NCBI GenBank assembly: GCA_951406725.2 | Contig: OX597839.1 | Location: forward strand, 38,688,001 to 38,752,000 | Source: Octopus vulgaris | Taxonomy: Eukaryota | Direction: 5' to 3' | Length of the DNA stretch: 64,000 nucleotides | Shown: positions 11,300-22,239 of the stretch, in pieces | Numbering within the stretch: the stretch's first letter is position 1 | Layout of the letters: each line of letters starts with the position of its first letter | The notes under the pieces: model-generated | The model's database searches: none | The model's input: only the letters and a program-made list of their open reading frames with translations | Told to the model about the DNA's origin: nothing | Program-made: the position numbers and the translations under genes

Positions 11300-13884
11300 G
11301 TGTGTGTGTTTGTGTTTGTCCCCCTAGCATTGCTTGACAACCGATGCTGGTGTGCTTATGTCCCCGTTACTTAGCAGTTCGGCAAAAGAGACCGATAGAA
11401 TAAGTACTAAAGGCGGTGCTCCAGCATGGCCGCAGTCAAATGACTGAAACAAGTAAAAGAGTAAAGAGATAGTGATGAAGACAGAGACAGGAGACGATGT
11501 TTGTCCCAGATGCTGAAAGAACGACTAAAGTAAAGATGATGGTTGGAACACCTCTGATCATAATTTTGTCCAGTCGGAATGAAATTTAGGGCCAAACGGT
11601 AACAGCAACAGCCAATATATATACGTACAAAACAGACCGACTTACCGACCAAAAAAGACCACTTTCATGTGATCCCTGGATAACACTTCTACAATTCCAT
11701 CCACTTTCTGTTTGAATCCTTTCACTCTTTCTGCATAATCATCTGTTACGAGATCTTGAGCAACTTTCAAGGTTTCTGAAAATAATATGCGACATATATG
11801 AGAAAGAAAGAGAGAGAGAGAGAATGGGGGAACGGGTGTGTGTGTGTGTGTGTGTGTGCACTGGTCTTGACATCATGTGAAGATTGTAATCTAGCATCGC
11901 TGTGACAGAAATTTTGATACATTCTTAGGTCACTTTAACCCAGGGGTGGGCGAACTTTTTTGATCGCGGGCCGCACAGTGCGTCTTTGGAACCTTGGCGG
12001 GCCTCATTTATAAAAATCAAGTGAAAATATTTTTAAAAGGCGGTTATAGACCTATAAACACACAATTGATTGAAAGGAAATTTTGTGAAATATTCCTCTC
12101 GACGGGCCGCATGAAAACCTATGGCGGGCCGTAGTTTGCCCACCCCTGCTTTAACCATTTTGATACCATATTTTTGCTGAAATACACTGCTTTATTTTAA
12201 TTAATCTTCAAAATAATGACATAATCAGGAAAATAAATTTGTTGTTATTAAGTTGGTGGTTGGAACCTAAATTAACAAGAAAATTTAATGACTGGTTTTA
12301 ATTTAGTTCACTCTCCAACCTTTTAGCATTGAGTTTGTCATATGTGATACTTATTATCTGCATTATTTTGAATCAATCAGACCTAATCCCATAGCTTTGA
12401 GATTTCAATGATGCGATTGTGAGAGGCCAGAGCTGGCTGGTCTGAACACAAGATGGGTAGAATATTTGAGCAGATTACTCAGTCAAATGTATTATTTAGT
12501 TCCATTGTTTTGAATTAATCAGGTATTATCTCAAAGCTTTGAGATTTCAATGATGTGATTGTGAGAGACCAGAGCTGGCTGGTCTGAACACAAGATGGGT
12601 AGAATATTTGAGCTGGGTAGAATATTTGAGCAGATTACTCTGTCAAATGTATTATTTATTCACACTGTTTTGAATTAATCAGGTATTATCTCAAAGCTTT
12701 GAGATTTTGATGATGTGATTGTGAGAGGCCAGAGCTGGCTGGTCTGAACACAAGATGGGTAGAATATTTGAGCTGGATGGGTAGAATATTTGAGCAGATT
12801 ACTCTGTCAAAGGTATTATTTATTCACACTGTTTTGAATTAATCAGGTATTATCTCAAAGCTTTGAGATTTTGATGATGTGATTGTGAGAGGCCAGAGCT
12901 GGCTGGTCTGAACACAAGATGGGTAGAATATTTGAAATGGGTAGAATATTTGAGCAGATTACTCTGTCAAATGTATTGTTTATTCACACTGTTTTGAATT
13001 AATCAGGTGTTATCTCAAAGCTTTGAGATTTCAATGATGTGATTGTGAGAGACCAGAGCTGGCTGGTCTGAACACAAGATGGGTAGAATATTTGAACTGG
13101 ATGGGTTGAATATTTGAGCAGATTACTCTGTCAAATGTATTATTTATTCACATTGTTTTGAATTAATCAGGTGTTATCTTGTAGCTTTGAGACTTCAATG
13201 ATGTGATTGTGAGAGACCAGAGCTGGCTGGTCTGACCATAAAACAGGTAAGATACTTGGGGATGACGTGGTCAGCTGGGGTACAAATATATGAAGCCCGA
13301 AATATCCAACGTGACTACCCATCTGATAAGGGTACACCACGCACATGCATCACAACTATTTATGCGTGACATAGTGATCTCCTATCAATATAAACAACAC
13401 ATGACCTTGCAGGTTGGGCCCCAGTTAGAATTTTCTTCAGGTCAAGCAGCTCATGTATTCATCATTATTTTATTTATTTTATTCAATTTTAGAAAAACTG
13501 AAGCAGACCTTTGACATTTCCAGAGTGTATTGAACCTTATTTTGCGCTTTGACATTTGGTCCACTCTTGTAGATTAATCAAGTCCCTGACAACATGGTTT
13601 CAGAAACACCTTTGATCACAGGTCTTCTGGGCTACTCTGGACCAGGTCTGATTCAAGGGTAGGGGAGCAGATGAAGAAATGAAATGATAAATACCTTGAA
13701 CAAAGGTGTCACATTCATAAATGTACTCCCCGATCTCTCTGAAGATGTCATTGATGCGTTTCTTGGCCTGGCCAAAAAGTTTCAGTGGGGAGGGGGCTGA
13801 GGAGTGTCCGTTGCCGAGGTTACGGGAATCGTGTTTGTCACTTAGGTTCAACATGTCCAGTCTTCCCAGCAAACGTCCTGACAT
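112..13884 (-). CDS. MFN2: Mitofusin (MFN1/2, Marf orthologue), spliced CDS, N-terminal 347 codons, 3'-partial (continues past window start)
   Basis: Eight exons with GT-AG boundaries join in frame: 13884-13695, 11775-11646, 8910-8748, 7992-7871, 6618-6510, 4786-4682, 2201-2048, 179-112. The translation has [37 protein letters not shown] (G1), GIGHTTNCF (G2), LVDSPGID (G3), NRWD (G4), FFVSAREAL and [18 protein letters not shown], all recognisable mitofusin motifs. The symbol denotes the single invertebrate mitofusin. Confidence 0.96.
915..1070. mobile_element. Small MITE-like element with short terminal inverted repeats
   Basis: Begins cactagcatagctag and ends ctagctacactagtg (imperfect TIR). 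Sits in a (TG)n tract between two copies of tgcccacattagcttc. Confidence 0.45.
1367..1598 (-). mobile_element. tRNA-headed SINE family B (MetaSINE-like central domain)
   Basis: Reverse strand reads ggcggcgagctggcagaa...gagttcaaattcc (A/B-box-like), then gcctttcatcctttcggggtcgataaattaagtacca. Further copies at about 6786-7020(+), 26485-26680(-), 33490-33900(+), 39543-39798(-), 43264-43672(+), 54708-55107(+) and 58610-59186(-). Confidence 0.85.
2048..2201 (-). CDS. MFN2: Mitofusin coding exon 7
   Basis: gtgtttcag|...|gtaagt; 154 nt; [51 protein letters not shown]. Confidence 0.95.
2257..3135 (+). mobile_element. SINE family A interrupted by an RTE 3'-end element (about 2412-2890, minus strand)
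   Basis: Head gtagcttg...ggttccgggttcagtcccactgcgtggcaccttggg runs to 2400. The tail resumes at about 2890 and ends tgactgaagcaagtaaaagag. The insert begins with (CAT)n. Confidence 0.8.
3376..4592 (+). mobile_element. 5'-truncated RTE-clade LINE (ORF C-terminus plus 3' UTR), split by a SINE A tail at about 3728-3992
   Basis: Degenerate [20 protein letters not shown]...LHGSETWAM...[20 protein letters not shown]...LWRHAV. The 3' UTR contains gttggcgttagga.ggc.at.cagc and ends ggacgttaaactatgat. Confidence 0.85.
4682..4786 (-). CDS. MFN2: Mitofusin coding exon 6 (G4)
   Basis: ttatttcag|...|gtaggt; 105 nt, phase 0/0; [35 protein letters not shown]. Confidence 0.93.
5403..5700 (-). mobile_element. 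RTE 3'-UTR-derived element (family D) with (GAT)n tail
   Basis: Matches the 3' UTR of the LINE at 3376-4592. Other copies at about 7230-7448(+), 15186-15396(+), 22046-22930(-), 23152-23415(-) and 23480-23696(+). Confidence 0.8.
6510..6618 (-). CDS. MFN2: Mitofusin coding exon 5 (G3)
   Basis: ctctatcag|...|gtaagt; 109 nt; [36 protein letters not shown]. Confidence 0.96.
7871..7992 (-). CDS. MFN2: Mitofusin coding exon 4
   Basis: ctccttag|...|gtaaga; 122 nt; [40 protein letters not shown](S). Confidence 0.94.
8120..8665. repeat. Complex (GA)n/(GAGT)n purine-rich satellite in a mitofusin intron
   Basis: Repeated gagtgagtgagagaaagcggga units. Confidence 0.9.
8748..8910 (-). CDS. MFN2: Mitofusin coding exon 3 (P-loop G1 and G2)
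   Basis: tgtgccag|...|gtaagt; 163 nt; [54 protein letters not shown]. Confidence 0.96.
9097..9807. mobile_element. Tc1/mariner-type MITE, host of the Helitron below
   Basis: 12-bp TIR cagggtgtccca / tgggacaccctg; TA follows the right end. Confidence 0.6.
9235..9748 (+). mobile_element. Non-autonomous Helitron
   Basis: 5' TC (tctatatatataaaa), subterminal hairpin cccgagcaacgccggg at 9721-9736, 3' CTAG. Inserted between A and T with no TSD. Confidence 0.85.
10854..11072. mobile_element. piggyBac-like MITE
   Basis: TTAA on both sides (10850-10853 and 11073-11076); TIR ccctttagt / actaaaggg. Confidence 0.8.
11103..11465 (+). mobile_element. SINE family A (tRNA head, CORE-like cttgggcaagt box, internal microsatellite, conserved tail)
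   Basis: aggcgcaggagtggctgtgtggtaag...gggttcagtccc...(TA)n(TG)n...aaggcggtgctccagcatggccgcagtcaaatgactgaaacaagtaaaagag. Other copies at about 7457-7620(-), 17690-18050(-), 24410-24802(+), 25975-26378(+), 31860-32255(-), 35130-35500(-), 36278-36670(+), 42695-43124(-), 44113-44547(-), 53650-54061(-) and 60474-60796(+). Confidence 0.88.
11646..11775 (-). CDS. MFN2: Mitofusin coding exon 2
   Basis: attttcag|...|gtaagt; 130 nt; (E)[42 protein letters not shown](R). Not present in the supplied ORF track. Confidence 0.93.
11941..12148. mobile_element. hAT (Charlie-like) MITE
   Basis: TIR caggggtgggc / gcccacccctg; perfect 8-bp TSD ctttaacc at 11933-11940 and 12149-12156. Confidence 0.92.
12316..13262. 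repeat. Tandem satellite, about 6 units of 142-164 bp
   Basis: gtgagag.ccagagctggctggtctga recurs at 12419, 12561, 12721, 12885, 13045 and 13209. Confidence 0.95.
13695..13884 (-). CDS. MFN2: Mitofusin first coding exon (exon begins at 13905; 21 nt precede the ATG)
   Basis: Acceptor ttttgtcccgtcag|13905. ATG at 13884 in context ctgaacATG (A at -3). Encodes [10 protein letters not shown]...[32 protein letters not shown]. Donor CAAG|gtattt; 190 nt, phase 1. Confidence 0.9.
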
Positions 13885-14029
13885 GTTCAGCTCACAGGTT
13901 TTTACCTGACGGGACAAAAACAAAACATAAATTGCAACAAATTTAACAACAAAATATACAAACAACCATTGTTTTTAATATAGGACCAAAAACCAACTAT
14001 TTTGAGAAGCGAGGGTTGACCCCCACCAA

Positions 14030-14505
14030 AAAAAAAGAGGGGGATGATAAAGATGTAGTCCTCCTGATACAGGATGATCTCTAGGGGTAACCAAGGAACC
14101 CTACTGTTCAAGATCTCCCTGAGCACCAAGGGCAAGTGCACTCCCCAATTCCCTTTCTCTGACTCACAGGTTTACCTTTAGAGAGGTACCACCCACTCTT
14201 GACATTTTTGCAACTTTCAATAAACTCACTCGAGCACAGCACTTCCCTCTCCACCCTCAATTTCCTTTCCAAGTGAAACTCGAAGAAAACAATGAAACCT
14301 CTATCAAAGAGGAATGTATCTGTCCTCATGCCTTTCAGCCTTGTCCACCAGAGAACCACTTTTGTCACAGCCACCAGGCAATGGTAAACTGCATTGCTTG
14401 CCCTATTAAAGGCAGGTAGTAGGGTAATCATCACTATGGACCTGGCCAATAGACAGATCTGTCTCACACGTGATAGCAGCTGTTTGACATAACCCCATAA
14501 GGCAG
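14030..14505 (-). mobile_element. Degraded non-LTR retrotransposon 3' fragment (Tx1/L1-like)
   Basis: ORF remnant VAVTKVVLWWTRLKG...FFEFHLERKLRVERE resembles the C-terminus of L1/Tx1 ORF2; clade assignment is tentative. Confidence 0.4.
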
Positions 14506-15884
14506 CAATAATAATAATAATAATCCCTTCTACTTTAGGCACAAGGCCTGAAATTCTTTAGGGGAGGGAGGTAGTTGATTACATCAACCCCCAATACATG
14601 ACAGGTATGTGATGGCCAAAATGCTGCTAAGTATTGGTATTGGCTAAGAATTGGTAACAATTCAGCCAGCTTGCGGCTTTAATAATAATAGTAATTCTAA
14701 TTTTGGCACACATACACATGCATAGACATACATGCACAAACAGATACATACCAGATACATACACACACACACACATTAAATATAATTTTTAATACCCTTT
14801 CATACAGAAATCAAAGAGACAGCCTGCAGTCACTGATCACTACTATTGTGATGCCTACCGCAGCAGTTGTTGTGAAGGCAAGGTGTCCTGATACAGAAAT
14901 GTGACATTTGGGGAAATGTCAAAGTCAAACAGATGCCCTGTCAACCAGAGGGACAGAGAGAGAAAGAAAGAAAGAGATGTATGAAGTGAGACGAAAGTGG
15001 TGTCATGGGAGGGAGATGTGCATTGAGAAATAGCAGCCAAATCTTACCACTTTTATTGCTATTTATATAAAAATATACAAATCAATTTGTGTTGCAAGAT
15101 TCCTGATGTGAAATTGGGTGTTGAAACTGATATTGTCATATTTCAGGATACTCTTTTACTTGTTTCAGTCATCTGACTATGGCTTTTGCCAGTACTGCCT
15201 GACTGGCCCTCATGCCAGTGGCACGTAAAAGCACCTTCTACACTCTTGGAGTGGTTGGCATTAGGAAGGGCATCCAGCTGTAGATACTCTGCCAGATCAA
15301 GATTAGAGCCTGGTGCAGACATCTGGTTCGCCAGTCTTCAGTCAAATCGTCCAACCCATGCTAGCATGGAAAGCGGACGTTAAACGATGATGATGATAAT
15401 GTGTAAAAGCAGTTCTACTCCAGATATCAGTAGTACTACCACAGACATATAATGGATGTGTGTATATGCATATTTAATTTCAGCACTATCCCAGGTATAT
15501 GTGTATGAATGTGTGTATAAGTGTATATGTATTATGTATAACTACAGTACTATCAAAGATTGTGTGTGTGTGTGCAATGGATAAGTGTATGTGTAACTGT
15601 GGTAGGAGGTATATGTGTATATGCATTATGTAACTGTAGTAGTATCCAAAATGTGTGTGTGTGTGTAACAATACTCCCTTTGAAGACTTATGAGCGGTAC
15701 TGTAATAGAGGTTTGGGATGTTGGTGTAACAGTAGCAGCACCAATATGCTAGAATTTTGAGCAGCATTGTATTTGGGTCACACCTGAGATTTCTTGCAGG
15801 TAAGCTATTGATAATGAGGGCTAATAATAGAATATATGTCAGCATGAGAGAGAAGGGGAAGGGAGAGTGTGTGTGTGTGTGTGT

Positions 15885-16488
15885 ATGCCATGCTACATAT
15901 GAATGAGAAGAGCTGTCTGAAGAAGTGTCACTCCCTAACAGTGGAGGGAACCCGTGGAAGAGGTAGACCCACAAAGACATGGGATAAGGTGGTGAAGCAT
16001 GACTGTCGAATGTTGGGTCTTACAGAGGCAATGACGAAAGACCGAGACCTCTGGAGATATGCTGTGATTGAGAAGACCCGGCAAGTAAAGTGAGGTCACA
16101 GCCGTAGCCTATACCAGTGTCGCATAACCAATCCATTTAAAAAGTACCTTTGAATCGTCAGGTGACACGCTGTGCTTGAGGAGACCTATTGGGTCAAGTA
16201 AAATCAAAAATCAAATCACATTCAAATGGAAATTGTAGTTGTGGATGATGCCAGTCCCGCCTGTCTGGCTCCCCCATGCTGGTGGCACATAAAAAGCACC
16301 ATCCGAACATGCCCAATGCCTGTGCCACATAAAAAGCACCCACTACACTCAGAGTGGTTGGCATTAGGAAGGACATCCAGCTGTAGAAACATTGCCAGAT
16401 CAGATTGGAGCAGCCATCTGGTTCGCCAGTCCCCGGTCAAGCCGTCCAACCCATGCCAGCATGGAGAACGGACGTTAAATGATGATGA
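15885..16488 (+). mobile_element. 5'-truncated RTE-clade LINE
   Basis: [41 protein letters not shown]...LWRYAVIEKTRQVK*, followed by the same 3' UTR as 4195-4592 and a (GAT)n tail. Confidence 0.85.
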
Positions 16489-18652
16489 TATATATATATG
16501 TATATATAAAGTATAAAAATTTATACATGGAGAGAAGACCACTATGTGGACTTCTTACATGCTGAAAAGGGCAGTCAAAACCCAAAGCACGAAACGAAAG
16601 ATTCTTCTTTAAGGCATGTTATAGAAATATTTATGTCTTCTGACTTTTATTACACATGCTGACCACTAGTAGAAAATATAATTTTTACCGTGTGTGTGTG
16701 TGTGTGTGTGTCACAGGTATGGTCATGTGGATAAGAAGTTTGCTTCTAAACCACATGCTTCTGGGCTCAGTCCCACTGCATGACACTTTGGGCAAGTGCT
16801 TTCTACTATAGCCTTGGACTAACCAAAGTCTTGTGAGTGAATTGGTAGATGGAGACTGAAAGAAGCCCAACATATATGTGTGTGTGTCCGTCCCATTGTT
16901 CCCTTGCATCACATGATAGTTATAAGCAAGTGTCATTATCAAACAAAAGATTGTTTCCAGTCTTCTGTGGAAGCATGTCTGTCCATGGGGGAGACATTAC
17001 TTCACTTTGAAACAAAGTGAGAGTTGGTGACAGGAAGTGCATCCTGCTGTAGAACATCTGACTTAATGAATTCCGCCTGATCCATGAACATTATGACGAT
17101 GCTTACGTCTTCTTTACATGTAATTAACCTGTTGCTGATATGAAATTAAATTTACCTTGTCCCCTCTTTGTTACCCTGCATGGGGTGGGGGTATTAATAA
17201 GGAGTTGAATCCCATAAGAAAACATTTAGCATTATGTGCCTTGTTGTTGTTGTTGTCATCATCATTTAGCCCCAGGTTAGTTCTGGCCCACCAGACCTAG
17301 CTATGATTAAAGATGATTCACCTGTAATCATCCTGTTTATTTATTCTGGCACAGCCACTGTAAATCTAGTGTAGAACTTGAAGAGAAAATCAGAGAGAGA
17401 AAGAGGGTGTGACTACATCAAGACACACACATGTATGAATATATATCCATGTATGATATACCCTCTCTCTCTCTCCTTCAGAGAGGCACTGAGCAACTAT
17501 ACACACACATACACACATGGCAGTAACTTCCGCCTACCAAATTCAATCGCAAAGCTTCGGTCAACTCGGGGCTATAGCAGAAGACACTTGCCCAAAGTGC
17601 CACGCAGTGGGACTGAACCCGAAACCAAGTAGCTAGGAAGCAAGCTCCCTAACCACACAGCCATGCCCGTGCCTACACGTATTCTTTTACTCTTTTATTC
17701 TTTTACTTGTTTCAGTCATTTGACTGCGGCCATGCTGGAGCACCGCCTTTAGTCGAGCTGGGACATTCTTTGTAAGCCCAGTACTTATTCTATCGGTCTA
17801 TTTTGCCGAACTGCTAAGTGACGGGGATGTTAACACACCAGCAATGCTAGGGGGACAAACACATATATATATATATACATATATACGACAGGCTTCTTTC
17901 AGTTTCCGTCTACCAAATCCACTCACAAGGCATTGGTCGGCACGGGGCTATAGCAGAAGACACTTGCCCAAGATGCCATGCAGTGGGACTGAACCCGAAA
18001 CCATGTAGCTAGGAAGCAAGCTCCCTAACCACACAGCCATGCCCGCGCCTACACGTATGTAGATAATTATCTACCTGTAATCACATTTATATATCACTGG
18101 CACTCAGCCAGTTATGATGGCGAGCGTCCCAATTGATCCGATCAACAAAACAACCAGCGTGTGAAATTAACATGCAAGTGGCTGAGTACTCCACAGACAC
18201 TTGTACTCTTTTAACATAGTCCTCGGGGAGATTCAGCATGACACAGAATGTGACAAGGCTGGCCCCCATTGTATTACAGGTACCACTCCCATTTTCGCCA
18301 GCTGAGTGAATCGGAGGAACATGAAATGGAGTGACTTGCTCAAGGATACAAAGCATCGCTGGGAATTGAACCCATTACTTTACAGTTGCAGGCTGGATAC
18401 CCTAACCACTAAGTCACATACCTTTTTATGTATGTATAATCTCCACCTGCCTACTTGTAAATCTATTTATCCTTTTTCCATGATAAGATGGCTTTTATAC
18501 TTTACATTATCGAGCGATTACTGTTTCAATCTCATTCTGAGATTTAATTATGCTTACTGTTCGTTTTTCGACATCAGTGGCAGATGCCACAAGAAAAACT
18601 TATATCTATTTGCAAAGAGGCCTTCACTTTCATCGCGACCTGGTGGTTACTG

Positions 18653-18691
18653 CCCGTTGACAAGGGACAACAATCCCGAAACTAGTTCGAG
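18653..18691 (+). ncRNA. Degenerate minimal type-I hammerhead motif (family 6)
   Basis: cccg-ttgacaa-ggga[caacaa]tccc-gaaa-ctag-tt-cgag. Helix II and GAAA are intact and helix III is palindromic; the core is decayed relative to CTGACGA. Confidence 0.45.
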
Positions 18692-18909
18692 CGTATCACT
18701 CAGGCTTGCGAGGAAGGGATGGCCTCCCTTTGCAAATACTCCAAGGACACTGATATTGTGTCTAAAGCCAGCTAGAGACGAAAATCTCTTGGGGCTATAA
18801 AGCTACAGTAACAACCCCCTCCCCAATGTGGTTAGCCATGATAAGATGGCTTCTATACTTTACATAATCTATACATCTACTTACAACTACCCATCCATTC
18901 ATGTGTGTG

Positions 18910-19226
18910 ATAGTAGTAGTAGTGGTGATAGTAGTAGTAGTGGTGGTAGTAGTAGTGGTAGTAGTATTAGTAGTGGTGGTGGTGGTAGTAGTATTAGTAG
19001 TGGTGGTAGTAGTAGTGGTGGTAGTAGTATTAGTAGTGGTGGTAGTAGTGGTAGTAGTAGAAGTAGTAGTGGTGGTGGTAGTAGTAGTGGTGGTAGTATT
19101 AGTAGTGGTGGTAGTAGTAGTGGTGGTAGTAGTAGTAGTAGTGGTGGTAGTAGTAGTAGTGGTAGAAGTAGTAGTGGTGGTGGTAGTAGTAGTGGTGGTA
19201 GTAGTGATGGTGGTGGTAGTATTAGT
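18910..19226. repeat. (GTA)n/(GTG)n trinucleotide microsatellite
   Basis: Direct reading; source of the poly-T/V/S/G ORFs. Confidence 0.97.
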
Positions 19227-19939
19227 AGATACTGTAATACTAAATTTAGGACACAATCAGAAAGGGAGATTACCAAATTTGAGTTGAGACGCAGATTGTG
19301 GAATTCATGTGAGTCTTATTTTACACACACACACACAAACAGATGGCTGCTGGCTGGGAAACTATAGCATATTTGAAATATCTGCACATGTATGTGTATA
19401 GATATGTGCATGTGAGACTTTGTTCCAGCATGTGTGTGTGTGGGTGGGTGGGTTTGCATGGGTAATGAACAGTAGCTAGGACAAAGAACAGTAGCCTGTC
19501 ACCCCCACCCCACCCACCTCATGCACACACACACACACAACTATTTTGAATAGGTCATACTTAACAGATTAACAACCATCTGTTAGTGATTGTGTGTTTG
19601 TGATGTGTGTATGTGTGTGTGCACGAGTGTAAGTGGCGATATATGCGCATGTGTGGAGATGTATGTGCGTGTGCCTGGAGATGTATGCATATATGTGTGT
19701 TTGTGTGTATGCATGTGTGTGTGCACATGAAGATGTGTGTGTGTGTCTTGATGTAGTCCCACCCTCTTTCTCTCATGGACTTTTCTCTTCAAGCTCTACA
19801 GTTGTTATGCCAGAATAAACAAACATGATGATCATAGTCGAATCATCTTTAATCATAGCTAGGTCTGCTGGACCGGTACTAACCTGGGGCTAAATGCTGA
19901 CAACAACAACATACATAGGGCTAAATGTTTGCTTATGGG

Positions 19940-20100
19940 ATCATCATCATCATCATTGTTCGACCGTGGTCGAGACAATGGAATTTACTATGTTACGCCA
20001 GACTTCACGGTCCATCATAGCATTACGGAGGTCCTGTTGCTGGATGCCTGTATCCCTGGAGATTACATCAGGGTAGGAGAGTGTGCGCCCTCTGGTATTG
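19940..20100 (-). mobile_element. RTE-like LINE extreme 3' end
   Basis: Reverse translation RGRTLSYPDVISRDTGIQQQDLRNAMMDREVWRNIV, followed by a (GAT)n tail. Confidence 0.65.
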
Positions 20101-20821
20101 CCCCGCTCCTTACACTGCCGAACCCTCTAATTAACAGATACACAAAATATGAAAGACAACCATCAACCCAAAACCCCACAAAAACAAACACACCAACAGC
20201 AAGACGAGCACATATGGGATACACCACCTTACCAATACCTCCCCAAGGTAACAAGGAGGGGACGGGGTAAATTTGGTTTGATATTAGCAACAGGTTAATT
20301 ACATGTAAAGAAAATATAATCAACATCGTCATAATGTCCATAGGTCGGGGGGGGGGGGGGGAATTCCCTGATGCAGACTTTCCACAGCAGGGTGTGCTTC
20401 CTGTCACCAACCTTTACCTTGTTTCTAAACAAGGTGATATTCGCCCCCATGGACAGGCATGCTTCCATGGAACATTGGAAATGAAGGCCACCTTTTGTTT
20501 GACAGTGATACTTGTTCACAACAAACGCAAGAACTCTCACTCACAAGACGAGACTCCACCCCTCTCGTTCACACATGCACAGAGGAGCAGGTAAGGATAT
20601 GTGATTAACACATTTGCTTCCCAACCCCATGGTTCCGGGCTCAGTCCCACTGCATGGCACCTTGGGCAAATTTCTTCTACCATAACCTCAGACCTTGTGA
20701 GTGGATTTGCTAGACAGAAACTGAAAGAAGCCCATCCCGGTCATTCAATATGTGACCGTGTGTGTATTGTTGGCGATTTTCTTTCTCCGTCTTCCCTTCC
20801 TTGGACCTTTCCTTTTTCTAC

Positions 20822-20856
20822 GTTTCTGATGAAGAGCTTTGCTCGAAACGTTCAAT
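20822..20856 (+). ncRNA. Minimal type-I hammerhead motif (family 1) in a Penelope-pLTR-like element at about 20750-20960
   Basis: gttt-CTGATGA-a-gagc[ttt]gctc-GAAA-cg-tt. The element ends in a (TA)n tract and is homologous to 25313-25810. Confidence 0.65.
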
Positions 20857-22239
20857 CCTCCTTCTTTCTTTCCTTTCCTGAGCATCCAATAACACTATAC
20901 TTGTTCCACATCCTCGCGTTGTAGTGTTTTCTCTATGTGTTTTCATGTTTGGATTATCTATATATATATATATATATATATATATGAATGTATGTGTGTT
21001 TATTTGTTACCCACCATCACTTGACAACGAGTTTGGTTAATTTATACCCCACCCCATAACCTAGTGTTTTGGCACAAGTGGTCACTAGACTTAAAAAAAT
21101 AAGTACTGGGGTTTATTTGTTCAACTAAGCACCCATCAAAGCAGTGCCCCAGCATGGACATAATCCAGTGACTGAAATAAGTAAAAAGAGATTAAAAAAA
21201 AATTGCATATGTCTGCCTATCATGGGAAGCTCCTCTAACAGACCACATAGTAATTCAGTATAAAGGAGTATTATGTAGTGCCCATGCAGCTGAAATCCAG
21301 GGAACTCGATAAAATTATTTCATGAGTAAGTGTGTACACACACACACACATTTTATCAACCAAATCCACTCACGAGGCTTTGGTCAATTCAAGACTATAA
21401 TACAAGACATTTGCCCAAGGTGCCACACAGTGGAACAGAAACCAAAACCATGTGTTTGAAAACAAAATTCTTAACCACATAGCCATGCCTGCACCTATAG
21501 ACTAAACATCCCACCATCAATAAAGGTTTGTTAAAAACATCTAAGGATGAATCAATATATTGAATTTGAAAAAAAATACAAAACAGAAAACAACCAAAAC
21601 ATTTCAATAAATTAAAGAAATCCAGCATATGTCTAAGACACTGAGTTATTGCATTGGTTCAAAGAATGGCAGAACAAATTACTTTTGGATGAAGAAATCT
21701 TTTCAGCTCAATTTTCTTACAAGACAAAAGAATGGAATCAACTGTTGTTCCTCCTTCCTGGAGATCAATAGAACAGAGACATCACCAAGATGAATGTATG
21801 GTTGAGAAGTTTGCTTCACCACCACATGGTTCCAACTTTAGTCCCACTGTGTGGCACTTTGGGGAAGTGTCTTCTACTGTAACCCTGGGCCAACCAAACC
21901 CTTGTGAATGGATTTGGTAGATAGAAACTGAAAGTACACACACACAAACAAACTCAGTTGTTTGACCTCATTGGCTCCTGTCAAAGCATCCAACCCATGC
22001 CAGCATGGAAAAGAGACATTAAACATTGATAAAAACGATTATATATGTATCATCATCATCATCATTTAGTGTCTGTTTTCCATGCTGGCATGGGTTGAAT
22101 GGTTTGACTGGAGCTGGTAAGTCGGAGAGCTGCACCAGGCTGGTTTGGCATAGTTTCTATGGCTGGATGCTCTTCCTCACTTTAATTATTCTACAGAGTG
22201 TACTGGGTGACTTTTAATATGTCACCAGCATGGGTGCCT

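Noticed and set aside
12316-13262. Possible repeat-spacer array
   Set aside because: Whole units are homologous and there are no variable spacers; it is a satellite.
15740-15806. Plus-strand donor ttgcag|gtaagc suggesting an antisense exon
   Set aside because: No partner exons or coding signal; a single motif is expected by chance.
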